A stretch of 62,286 nt of DNA, filler included, from Sphacelaria rigidula (Eukaryota): the NCBI GenBank assembly GCA_964200075.2. It is 11 parts of 11 records of this genome, joined end to end, with 100 filler letters (N's around TTAATTAATTAA, not from the genome) between each part and the next. Parts side by side here need not be neighbours in the genome. Positions count along the whole stretch, not along the records: positions 34,032 to 39,602 come from CAXNAA020026224.1; positions 39,703 to 45,273 come from CAXNAA020026225.1; positions 45,374 to 50,944 come from CAXNAA020026226.1; 8 more parts are not named here. One strand, 5' to 3'. The notes under the pieces were generated by a model. That model was not told the DNA's origin. It was given only the letters and a program-made list of their open reading frames with translations, and did not search any database. This document shows, one piece after another, positions 36,930-47,552 of the stretch (its first letter is position 1; every line of letters starts with the position of its first letter). Made by a program: the position numbers and the translations under genes.

Positions 36930-39029
36930 CTTATCACCTTCCAAGTTCATAAAAAAACGTCTGTGCCTCGTGAACAGGCTGATCGAAAGAGGCTTCGTCA
37001 AAATATCTGCATGCTGCCATCCTGAGCCAACATGTACAACCCTGACCTTTCCCGTCCCCACCAGCTCTCGAATGAAGTGATATCTCACGTCTATGTGCTC
37101 ACTCCTCTCGGAACTAAGAGGATTTTCGGCCAGAGCTTTGCTCCCTCGTTGTCCTCGTACAAAAGAATACCTTGGTTCTCCCCGCTTCCCGACACAGGCT
37201 GCGGTCGCAAGAACGTCAACACTGCCTTCACAAACAATCCCTCCTTTGCCTCCTCGACCATTGCAAGATACTCTACCTCCGTAGTTGATAGAGTTACGCA
37301 GTGTTGCGTGCGGCTCGTTGCCGACACTGCCACACCACCGTACATCACAGCTACCTCTGAAACCGAACGCCTATCCGTTTCCTTCTTGGCATAATCTGCA
37401 TCGCAGTAGACTGAGAGCCCATTATGAGTTTTCTTGAACGTAAGTCCTAACTTCTTGGCCTCATTTAGATACTTCAGAACTTTCATAACAGCTTCCCAGT
37501 GCCTCTCGCATGGGTCATGCGACTGGCGAGCAAGCGCTCGTACCGAATTCGCGATGTCGGGTCTGGTGACTGTTGCCAGCCACATCAACCCCCCCACTGC
37601 GTTACGGTATGGGCAATTCGCCTCTTTGTCTTCGCCCGTTGTCGGCCCCAACTTTACAGAAACAGAGGCAGGGATTTCCGAGTACCCCCTCACCTCAAAA
37701 CTCTTCAGGAGCGTGTCCGTGAACGTGGTTTGCGTCACAGACAGCGTGCCTCTATCCCAGTCTCTATCCACTGCGCACCCCATGTACCATGTGACCTCTC
37801 CGATATTGTTCGTGGGGAACTTTTGTCGAGAATTTGGCCCACCTTTCCTACGTATTCCTTAGATCCACTGATAAGGATGTCGCCCACATGGACAACTAAA
37901 ATCACACGCACGTCTCCTGCATCCTTCATCTTGAGAACACATGGATCAGCCTCGCACTGCACCATCCCGACATCCTCCAGTAAAGTTTGACACAGGAGAC
38001 GAGACCACTGCCTGCCTGCTTGCTTGATCCCGTAAATAGATTTTTCAAGCTTTACGACCACGTCTGTCAAAACGGAGCAACCTTCAGGCAACCTCATGTA
38101 TACATCGGTATCCATTTCCGCTTGAACAAAAGCCTGTGTCGCGTCAAAATAGTACAGCGGTCACTCTTCCTGAACTGCCACTGGCATGACCAGTTCGATG
38201 GAGGCCATGGAGGGCGTTGCCGCGAAAGTCTCGAAATAGTCGACTGCAAAACGTTGTCCAAAACCTCGCTCTACCAACCTTGCCTTTGCCTTCGTTACAG
38301 TACCATCTGCGTCGGTCTTCCAACTAAAAACCCACTTCGCTGAAATCACGTTTGCTGCTTCCGGTACAGGGCCAGTCGAAAATGTTCCAGATTTTTCGTT
38401 ACCTCCTAGTTTGGCCTGCATCGCGCCTAACCATGCCTCTCGAAATTCTGACTTGGCAATGTCATCCATACTGGTTGGTGCTGCCTCTATTTCGCTTACG
38501 TGTAGACCAACCGGTGAACGCAAACCGAATTCAGGCTTCCCTACCCTGTTTTCCTCAGCAACAAAACAACAAAACTCGTTTTCAGCTAACTCGTGTTGAG
38601 TCGAAACGATTGCGTCTTGTCCAGTCACCTGTCCTGCTGCCGCGGTGATCATCTCCATGATTGAGCACTTGTTCTCCGCCATTCCCGCCAGCGCCATCTC
38701 CGCTTCCTTCTTGTTTTCCTCCACTCCGCCAGCCACCAGCGTTCCGTCTCGTGCGTGTACCGACCCCGTTGCCTCGCGCGTTTGGCTCCTCGTACGCCCC
38801 CCCTTGGTGTTGGTAACCAGTCAGCCCACGCAAGACGGCGTTGGTCGGTCCTCGGGAGTTGAAGAGCGTCGCCGCCCCCCCCGGCATCTTGCGAGGGACC
38901 CGTGGAAGAGGGTGACAGTGCGGGCGACGAGGCAGTGTCCTATGCCGATGTGAGCGTCGGCGTAGGTGTCGGCGTCTGCGCTGGTGTCTGTGTCGGCGTA
39001 GGTATCGGCGTCTGCGCTGATGTTGGCGT

Positions 39030-39067
<38 letters not shown>

Positions 39068-39602
39068 CCGGCTCCACCTCACCCCCTCCGTTGATAAAAT
39101 CTGGTACGGGGATCTCTGGTCTCACCCGGCTTTCCCCCCCCCCTTGCGGGGACGGTGAAGGCACTTCGCTCCCTCCACTACTGACGGGGATCTGCGGTGC
39201 TGCTCCGCCCCTCCTACCAACGGAACTCGGCGGGGAGGACGGCGCGCTTGAGGAACCGCTGGGCGAAGTGTCCACTGTCGAGATTTCCGTCCTGTCTCCA
39301 CCCACACCCTGACCTCGATCGACGCTGGAATCCTTCAGCTCGCCCGGCGTCTGGATCGCTTGGTGTGATGTGCGGGGAAGGGCAGCGGATGTACGTGCCC
39401 ATGTTACATGTCTTGTCACGGAGATAGTTCCTCGCACAGTCAGAACTCGCATCGCGTCACGTGGGTAGCCTGGGGCTGGGCTCAAGTACCAGCATTTTTC
39501 GTCCTTCGGCCATAAATTATTTGTCCGCTTCCTCCTACAAAAACCAGGCTTCAAGAACGGAATGAGATCACCTTCCGGTGGTGATCCATACCACATCTCA
39601 TG
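36930..39602 (-). mobile_element. Decayed Ty1/copia pol: post-integrase region, RT, RNase H
   Basis: KWVF.WK...KAKARLV.RGF.Q...DYFETFA, LEKSIYGIKQAGRQW, VHVGD (decayed YVDD), YCDADYA, STTEVEY, YEDNEGA, HIDVRYHFIRE, ADILTKPL; stop and frameshifts. Confidence 0.95.
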
Positions 39603-41421
39603 NNNNNNNNNNNNNNNNNNNNNNNNNNNNNNNNNNNNNNNNNNNNTTAATTAATTAANNNNNNNNNNNNNNNNNNNNNNNNNNNNNNNNNNNNNNNNNN
39701 NNGGCGGCGTTTTTTCTCTCTTTCCGTTTAGCCTCTTTACCCCCTGATTTTTTGGGTGTTTGTTTTTTACCTCCCCCCCCCCCCCCCCCCCCCGCCCCCC
39801 CTTCTCCATACTTCCAATCAGGTCAACATGAACATTCACTAATGGTGTTATGTGATTACCCTTTTCGAAACGGTCACCCTACATGACTTCGAATTAACTG
39901 GGCCAAGCGGCCAAAATCGATCATCGAACTCATACGAGTGGGAAATATTTTTTACACTATTGAACGCGCAACAATCACGGGGGTTGACACAACGACTCCG
40001 ATAAGCTCAGATACGCCACCGCGGCGCCCGTGAGTTTACATAGCCCATCATCCATGTGTACATACGTCATTGGTCGATGAATTGATGAGACTATTGCACA
40101 CTCATTGGCCCGCTGCGAAGCTAGCGGTAGTCTCAAGATAGAGGTACGCAATGTGATTGATGGAAACGAAATCTTTTTATGGGATGAAAAAAACGTGAGA
40201 GATGGTATCCCTCCAAGGCACCAAGGAGACTGGAGGCTCCCACAACGCTGAACAACTGAGCCCAGAGGTTGCGGTACGATTTTGACGATGGACTGCGAGT
40301 CGCGTTTGAATCCGGACTTCAGTCCTTCATATTTAGCCCTGGAATTCGTCTCCCCTCTGCCCCAAAAAGTCATGATATAGTGTTCCTGAAATGTTAGGGC
40401 ACCCAACAGCTCCTCTCGAACCAATTTGATATGTTCCACGTGCATGTTTTTTGTTGTGGTCCTTGGTGAACGGTTGAGTTCGATGGAAGTTTGCGGAATA
40501 ATTTGTCGGCAAGCCGCGCGAGGCACAGGCATTTTTTTGGTGCCCTTTGGACTGTTGGAGTTTGAGATATTTACCGGGTGTACGCCACCGTAGGGCATAT
40601 GGCACTTCGCACAATCCCGAGCATCATTTCCTTTCTTTGGTTCCCATATATAGTATTCGTTCCCATTTTTTCTGTTTCCCCTGTTCAGGAACGAAAGTAA
40701 TCGCGAAAATATGTCGAAAAGGGGAGGGGTACTTTTTTCGCAGTGAAGAGAAAGGAAGAACTAGGGTTGGTATCAAATGTCGCGGTTTCGGCGTTTTGCA
40801 CACACCACGCGGAACATGTGTGCTCACAGACTTCTCTTAGTGTTGTTGCTGCTGTTGCTACGTGCAACCCCTCGTCCACCTCGGGGATGAGTTGGTACTC
40901 TCGAGGGATTAGCTAATCTCTCGCCCGATGGCTGCCTGACATTATATCGTGGAGGACTTTGAGTTGTGATCAACACTCTCTCGCATCGAATCGACTCAGG
41001 GGGAGTTTGCTTTTCCACTCGCGTCCTCGTGCGTTCAATGGCCGACACCAGATCCTGCTCAAATGTATGATCATCTGTCGAGATGCGAACCTGTATCCTC
41101 CCGCGCACGTGAGCCCACCGGGCGGGGGCGACTACTTGTCCGTGTAGGATCATGCGGCGAACATGTAGAGTGATACTGCGGGGACCGGGACAGAAATCAG
41201 CGAAGCTCTCTCGTACCGAGTACGTGGACACAACTATGTGATCGCACAGACCGCTATAGAACGTGCCCTTGAGGCGACACGCTACCTCCGGTATATTGAA
41301 TCGTTCTTGTTCTAATTTGTCGTGCGCGCGTGTGTATCTGTGTGTGTGTTGTCACGCTTCACAACTCTTTGTGGATGGTTGGGTTGGGTTCCCTTTCGAT
41401 ACTCTTTTTTATTTTTCCCAG

Positions 41422-41548
41422 GCCGCTGGTGCGGTGCATGGAGCAACACCCGAGTCTGCTCAGCCTCCAGCGGATTGGTGCTTGGTCTCTGTGCAACTTG
41501 TGCGACGGACAGCCGAGACCGACCGTAGATGTTGCTACTGTCGACACG
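41422..41548 (+). CDS. Importin-alpha-like armadillo protein, exon (ARM4 region)
   Basis: PLVRCMEQHPSLLSLQRIGAWSLCNLCDGQPRP resembles R.A.W.LSNLCRG..P; AG/GT ends. Confidence 0.85.
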
Positions 41549-42257
41549 GTCAGTATTATTCTGGTGGTCGGTATCGTCAAGTTTTCGTCCATAGTCCACA
41601 TGCAAGCAAGGATTGGTAATGCTCCCCGCGATGTTTTTGTGCGTGGTCGCCCGGGAACCTTGCATTTTTTTCGACCGCGGGTCTGAATAGCCAGGTGATA
41701 GGATTATCGGGAAATACGATCCAGTGAAACTGAACATAATTTTGGTTCTGTAGCATTATGTGATGCCTCGTTGATTTGCCCTCGTGTGCAGTGGGGCTTC
41801 ACTCTTTCTCTCTACGTTCGACCATGTAATCTTCCGCTTCTGTATCCCATGATCTCAGAGGGATTCTGTCGATGGCTGTGCTATTTTTGTTTTGTCCAGG
41901 AGCAGAGCTTGTTTTACCGTGTCAAAGCCATCTGCAGCTTTGTCGGGGGTCGTGCAATTTTGTGCTGGGGGGTGTATGCTACGTCGGATGACCATCCGTA
42001 CACTGGCGGCTACGTCGTCTTTTGATTCATGTTCCTTTTTTATTGTTTTGCTGAAGAATCTTTTGAGTCGAGTATGCTGTCTCACCACGTTCGGTGTCGT
42101 CGTTGAATCTGCGACGGCCGTCCAACACTGGGATAATAGGGGAGATGATCACTGTTGAGGATTCCTCTTCTGTATGCAACTGTTCGGCTGCGCTTGCATG
42201 CGCCCATCGTGTACTCACTGTCGGCATGCTCGGCTTTGCTGCTTCGTAACTCTGCAG

Positions 42258-42365
42258 GTGATGGGAGCAATCAACCGACTGCTAAGGTCTGGCGACTCGG
42301 AGGTGTTGAGCCACGCGTGCTCAGCGCTTAGCCATCTATGCGACGGTTCAGCAGCTCACATCAAG
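42258..42365 (+). CDS. Importin-alpha-like exon (ARM5 region)
   Basis: VMGAINRLLRSGDSEVLSHACSALSHLCDGSAAHIK resembles LL...D.EVL.DACWALSYLSDG; phase 0. Confidence 0.88.
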
Positions 42366-42951
42366 GTTGTCCTGACCCCGTTCCCGTTTTTTTAGCAATA
42401 TAATATCACCATGGCGCTCTTGTTTTTTCTAGAGGGCAATGTGTCAAAGAGGTGGCGCAACTGGCACTCGTTCTCCCGGTGGCCGTACAGTGAGTAGCAC
42501 GTTTGAAAATAGTTAGTAATGGTGTTTTTTAGCGTAACAGCAAAACAGGAAAGATTGCTCACCTACTTTGGACATGAAGATGATCGTCACACCTTATTTT
42601 TTTTATCGATGAACGTATCACGGTGAAGCGCTGATACAGGCGGTACATCCCTTCTTCTTGTCTTCATCGGCATCATGCGGAATGAGACTTTGTCGCGTTT
42701 TTAATCGCCGTCACTTGAAGCCCTCATTTATGGAACAGAACAGCACCGACTAGGTGTGCCCGTCATGTTTTCTCGGCGTGCTTGAAATATATTACTAGGC
42801 CACAAAAACATCATGCACGCGCCCCGTCCCGTGCCTGCGGGATAAAAAACGGGTTAGGTACGAGAGCAGTGAAACAAACGCCTCCGCACGGCACGCCCTT
42901 GCTTTTTTTTTTCTTCGCCATGGTGACGATGGTGATCCACGTGATCCGCAG

Positions 42952-43158
42952 GTAGTGGTGGAGTCCGGCGTGTGCAAACGCCTGGTGGAGTTGCTGAAGC
43001 ACAACAGCTGGAGGGTGGTCAAGCCGGCGTTGCGGACGATTGGTAACGTGGTGTGCGCCGAGGACGACTTGGACTATACGGAAGCCATCTTGGAGGCCGG
43101 GTCTGTGGCGTGCTTAAAGAAGCTCATCGCGCACCCCAACCGCGAAATTCAAAAAGAG
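42952..43158 (+). CDS. Importin-alpha-like exon (ARM6-7)
   Basis: VVESGVCKRLVELL.H....VVKPALRTIGNVV...HPNREIQKE; phase 0. Confidence 0.93.
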
Positions 43159-43696
43159 GTAGGCTGAGGTATTGTAGTAGTACATGTGACCTCTGCTGAT
43201 ATCATGACAGTCCTGACATTTTTTTCTTTTCGGTTTTAAACTTGGATGTTTGATGTTTGATGTTTGTGTGGGTATATATTCAACAGCACGTCGTGAAACG
43301 CCAATACCTGGCTCCTTTGCTATTGCAAGTTAACTTGCGAGTACAGTATCTTTCCATCGGCGGGCTGTTCTTATTTGATTGGTCATTTTCTAATTTTTCT
43401 TCTTCCGCACGTGTAGTCCGTGCTGCCTGTGGCCTAATTGAAAGATTTTTGCGTCCAGCAGGTTTCATGTGAACGTATAGGAAGTGCTCAACCCTTTTGG
43501 GACCGAAATCCCTACACTGGTGTATTTGTGACACTTCCCCCCCCCCTCCCCCCCCCCACAAGCTTTCTTGCTTACGGTGCCATGCTGGCCCCTTCTGTGT
43601 GCCTACTAGCTATGAAGCAATCTAAGTTCTCCCCACCAAAGACGGCTACCCTTGACTTCTTCCCGTGTTTCCTTCCGCACAATGATTCGGTGATAG

Positions 43697-43786
43697 GCGT
43701 GCTGGACCCTGAGCAACATCGCTGCTGGGTCTGTAAGCCAGATACAGGCAGTGCTGGAGAGTGGGGCGATGCCTCAGCTAATCAAG
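43697..43786 (+). CDS. Importin-alpha-like exon (ARM7-8)
   Basis: ACWTLSNIAAGSVSQIQAVLESGAMPQLIK completes KEACWT.SNI.AG...QIQAV; phase 0; not shown in this frame in the ORF track. Confidence 0.93.
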
Positions 43787-44303
43787 GTGGGGGACATCGT
43801 GTGCTGGGTGTAATGCCGGCTTAGCCGACAGACACTGTCGATATACTGATTTGCGTTTTCGTAAGATCCAATCCACAAGTAAATCGTGCTGCAGTGGTTG
43901 TTTTCGTGTTCAATGTATGGCCGGGAGAAGTTGTTTGCCCCTCCTGCGACTTCCGTGAAGAAGGGAACTGTGTGTCGATCCTGCTCAATTGACTGTTCTT
44001 TCCCGTCCAAGCTCTTTATTTTCCTGCGGCGGTTCCACAAAAACGTCTCGATAAGATACAGCCATAGATCCGTGCGCATTCGAACTTCGTACGTCATCCC
44101 CAGTTTCTCGTGTTTGTTTCGTTCGTACTTGGTTCAACGATGAGAAATCCATTTCTTCTTCATTCCGGCTGTATATCTTGAGTAACGCTGAAACAGCAAT
44201 CCTTCCCTTCGTTGTTTCCCTCCATTGATTTTGGACGCTGTCCCGGCCAATCTTCTTGTCGCGGTCCGTATTTGACCGTTGCAATGTTGGTACCGTTTTG
44301 CAG

Positions 44304-44393
44304 CTGGCCACTTCGGCGGACACGGATTCGGAAGTGCGTTCGGAGGCGTTTTGGGTTGTTCTAAACGCAACCAGTTGCGGCTCAGATGCACAG
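44304..44393 (+). CDS. Importin-alpha-like exon (ARM8)
   Basis: LATSADTDSEVRSEAFWVVLNATSCGSDAQ resembles EA.WA..NATSGG...Q; phase 0. Confidence 0.88.
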
Positions 44394-44730
44394 GTACGTA
44401 CAGTACCGGTTCTTGAACTTTGAAGGCATGCTATATATGTGCCCGGGTTTTCTCTCCCAAGTGTAGATTGACGCCGGGTGCAGAAGTTGGCTTTGCCTCT
44501 TGGTTTGAGGCGCTGGTGCCATGATTATGTATGCGTGTCCGTGCTGATGGCGCTATGTTCAGCTTGAGCTCTGCTCTTGAGTTATGGACTGCTGCCATTT
44601 GTGTGTGCCCCTTGTGCCATACTGACTGTTTCGTTCTCTTCCCGCTCTCTGTCTTTCACGCGCACGCGCGCACTGTTGCCCCGGTCTTTTTCCTTCCGTT
44701 CCTTCTCACTTCATCCGTGATTGACGTCAG

Positions 44731-44853
44731 ATTGAGTATCTCGTATCCCAAGGCTGTGTTCAAATCTTGTCCGACCTTCTGGGGGAGAGCTCTATGGTGA
44801 TGATGGCGCTCGAGGGGATCGAGAGGGTTTTGAGCGTCGGCGACCTTCGGCTG
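44731..44853 (+). CDS. Importin-alpha-like exon (ARM9)
   Basis: IEYLVSQGCVQILSDLLGESSMVMMALEGIERVLSVG resembles I.YLV..GCI..LCDLL...ALEGLENIL.VG; phase 0. Confidence 0.9.
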
Positions 44854-45919
44854 GTGAGAGAGCGCGCGAAAAGTTAATGCTAGACTCTCGTCTTTGACAG
44901 TTTTTACGTTTTTTCTTGGAAGATTTTGGTTTTGATGTTGTCAAGCGTTCACCGTCCGAAGGTATTTTCATGTTGTTCGTTGCTCATGCAGTTCTCTCTC
45001 GTATGTTTATCCGATATCGGTGTCGGTTATTTCCTTTTACATTTCACAATTTTCATCTGTAGACACGATTATCTTGTCCTCACGTAGCGTGCAAAGTGTA
45101 GTGATCGAAAAATTGCTCTGATATTTTTGGTGCTGCCCCCTCCCCCTTGCTTCGTATAGAAAGAGATGCGTGGTCAATGGTCAAACGACTAAGGCAAGCA
45201 ACGAATGAGTACGGCCCCCCCCCACCCACCCCCAGAACCCCCCCAGCCCCCCCACACCCCCCCACACCCCCACNNNNNNNNNNNNNNNNNNNNNNNNNNN
45301 NNNNNNNNNNNNNNNNNTTAATTAATTAANNNNNNNNNNNNNNNNNNNNNNNNNNNNNNNNNNNNNNNNNNNNGGGAAAATGAATTGCCCCTTGTACACA
45401 AGCGCATACAAGAAATCAGCACCACATGGCAGGACGGAAGATACATACACATACCCTTCAAAACGAAGCTTATCCCATGTTGTATTGTTCAAATATTGTT
45501 AGTAGTGCTCACAGTCAGTTGCCGAAAACATCATTGCTGTCTCCCGACTGTGAAAGGACCAAAGGACCGCAATATAAATTGGGCGCACCGGCTTAGCTTA
45601 TGTGATACAAGCAGAATTGTGTTGTGCGCAGTTGTTGTCGCATTGCGTTTCCCTACTGTGCAAGCCGAGTACTAGAGCGAACAAGCATCCAGTTGAGTCA
45701 AATCATGCACATACAAATACGTAGATTAATATATACCATGTTGACTACACCGGTACATGTTGCAAATACACCATTCCGATTGTGCACATAGTTCGTTTCT
45801 GACTACTATGTCGACCTTCCTGCATCTGCTCATTGCCTGAATCAAACATCGTTATCGTCTCACCGTTGTCCTTGAAACAATCGTAATCGCACAGCACGTG
45901 AGGAAAGTCCGAGGCAGAA

Positions 45920-46810
45920 CGTTACAAGCCGAGCGTCATGATATTTCTTGATCACAGCTTCAGGCCGATCCAATTTCTCTTTTTCTCTTGGTGGTGTTGA
46001 CTCGCACTTCAGAGAAGTAGCACTTCAAAAACAGTGAACACCAGGGTGACATTTGGTTGAATCAATCCCTGGAAAGAACCGGATCCAACCAGATGTAAAG
46101 AGGCATGTTTATGTATTCCGTCTCTTGACGGATTACATCTTCCCTCACCCCTGACTGCGGTACTAGCCAGTTCCCGCAATCAGCTCTCCGGGCGCGTAGT
46201 GTCGTTTTGAAATCGACGGCCCATCATCGTACTAACCTTATCCACCACGCCAGGCCGCGATCCGTAACACCCCCCTCAGTCCTAGGGTTGAAAAGCCCTG
46301 GGACTGAACGTGGTTTACACGATGGATCGCCGCGTTACCATGTCCCTCTTTCCGAGTACTCGGCGTCTTGGTGCAGCCGTCAATCCTGACAGCCGTTCTG
46401 CCGGGTTAGACCACGTAGGACATTTCAACATCGCGCAGGAACGATTCCATCCAATCAGGAGAAGCTCTTGATCCTATTGATCGCTCTGGGTTGTCCGTGA
46501 ACCGTTTGCGGATCTTGGTACCTCGGCGAATCTACCGCGCAATTGAGCTCCTTTCTGCATTTTGACCTCAAGATTGAGACCTGGTTTCACCATCTGGTAT
46601 CCGTGGCTCCTCCGTTGAAGCCTCCCCCCCACCAGGATCTTGGTCTGACTTCCGCTCTACCTCTTGAACTGACGAACGAGTTATAGCGGCTCCCCGAACC
46701 TCTGGTAACTCTGCTTCGTCACGAGGCCACATCGTAGCGAACGCGCTCAAACCCTCACCCTCACCCTGGGTGTACGTCAGGCTCAGCAAGCCTTCCGCTT
46801 CCATCTGATA
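45920..46810 (-). mobile_element. Probable decayed gypsy 3' end: integrase-tail remnant, PPT and 3' LTR starting at 46269
   Basis: Minus strand ctgaggggggTGTTACGG (PPT plus LTR start); upstream IHRVNHVQ resembles the gypsy IHPVFHVS motif; LTR distal end uncertain (~45920 or ~45996). Confidence 0.55.
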
Positions 46811-47107
46811 GAATCACCTTCATCATCCACGGGTACACAAAATTAGCCGCAATCTATGGAATGGCGTCAATATTCACCGGGGTGGTGTCTAGTGGAAACA
46901 TTCTCAATCATCAACGGCGTGAGAAATGATGCATCCAGTAACATCGATAGAAGCGCTTTACCAGTATAACAATAGCGAACAAAAATGAGAGCGAAAAGAG
47001 GACGAAGGAAGCGGTAGTAGTGTCACTGGACAAAACAGGTTCACGCGTATGCATTTGGCCATGGTATCACGTGTCGGGGACAGGAAGGAATACATTCATG
47101 GACTCCC

Positions 47108-47552
47108 AAGGGAATTCTGGCTCCATGTCAACCTGTGCGAACACAAATGGGAAAATCCTGGCTCCCTGTCAACCTGTTCAGACAGTATGAGAACACCTGG
47201 ATGCCTGTCAACCTGTTCGATCGCGCATGGGAAACTCCTGGCCCCCTGTCAACCTGTTCGAACACACATGGGAAAATCCTGGATCCATGGCAACCTGTTC
47301 GAACGCATGGGAAACTCCTGGCCCCCTGTCAACCTGCTCAAAAACACATGGGAAAATCCTGGCTCCCTGTCAACCTGTTCGGACAGCATGAGAATTCCTG
47401 GATGCCGGTCAACCTGTTCGAATGCGCATGGGAAACTCCTGGCCCCCTGTCAACCTGTTCGGACAGCATGAGAATTCCTGGATGCAGGTCAACCTGTTCG
47501 AATGCGCATGGGAAACTCCTGACCCCCTGTCAACCTGTTCGAACAAGCATGG
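47108..47552. repeat. Minisatellite of 11 units, 39/41 bp, with higher-order structure
   Basis: g(t/g)caacctg at 47127, 47168, 47207, 47248, 47289, 47328, 47369, 47408, 47449, 47488, 47529. Confidence 0.95.

Noticed and set aside
39975..40598. 207-aa minus-strand ORF
   Set aside because: No recognisable motif; antisense to the importin-alpha locus, probably intronic chance ORF
47108..47552. CRISPR-like array
   Set aside because: Units are contiguous variants of one another with no unique spacers and no cas genes; eukaryotic context
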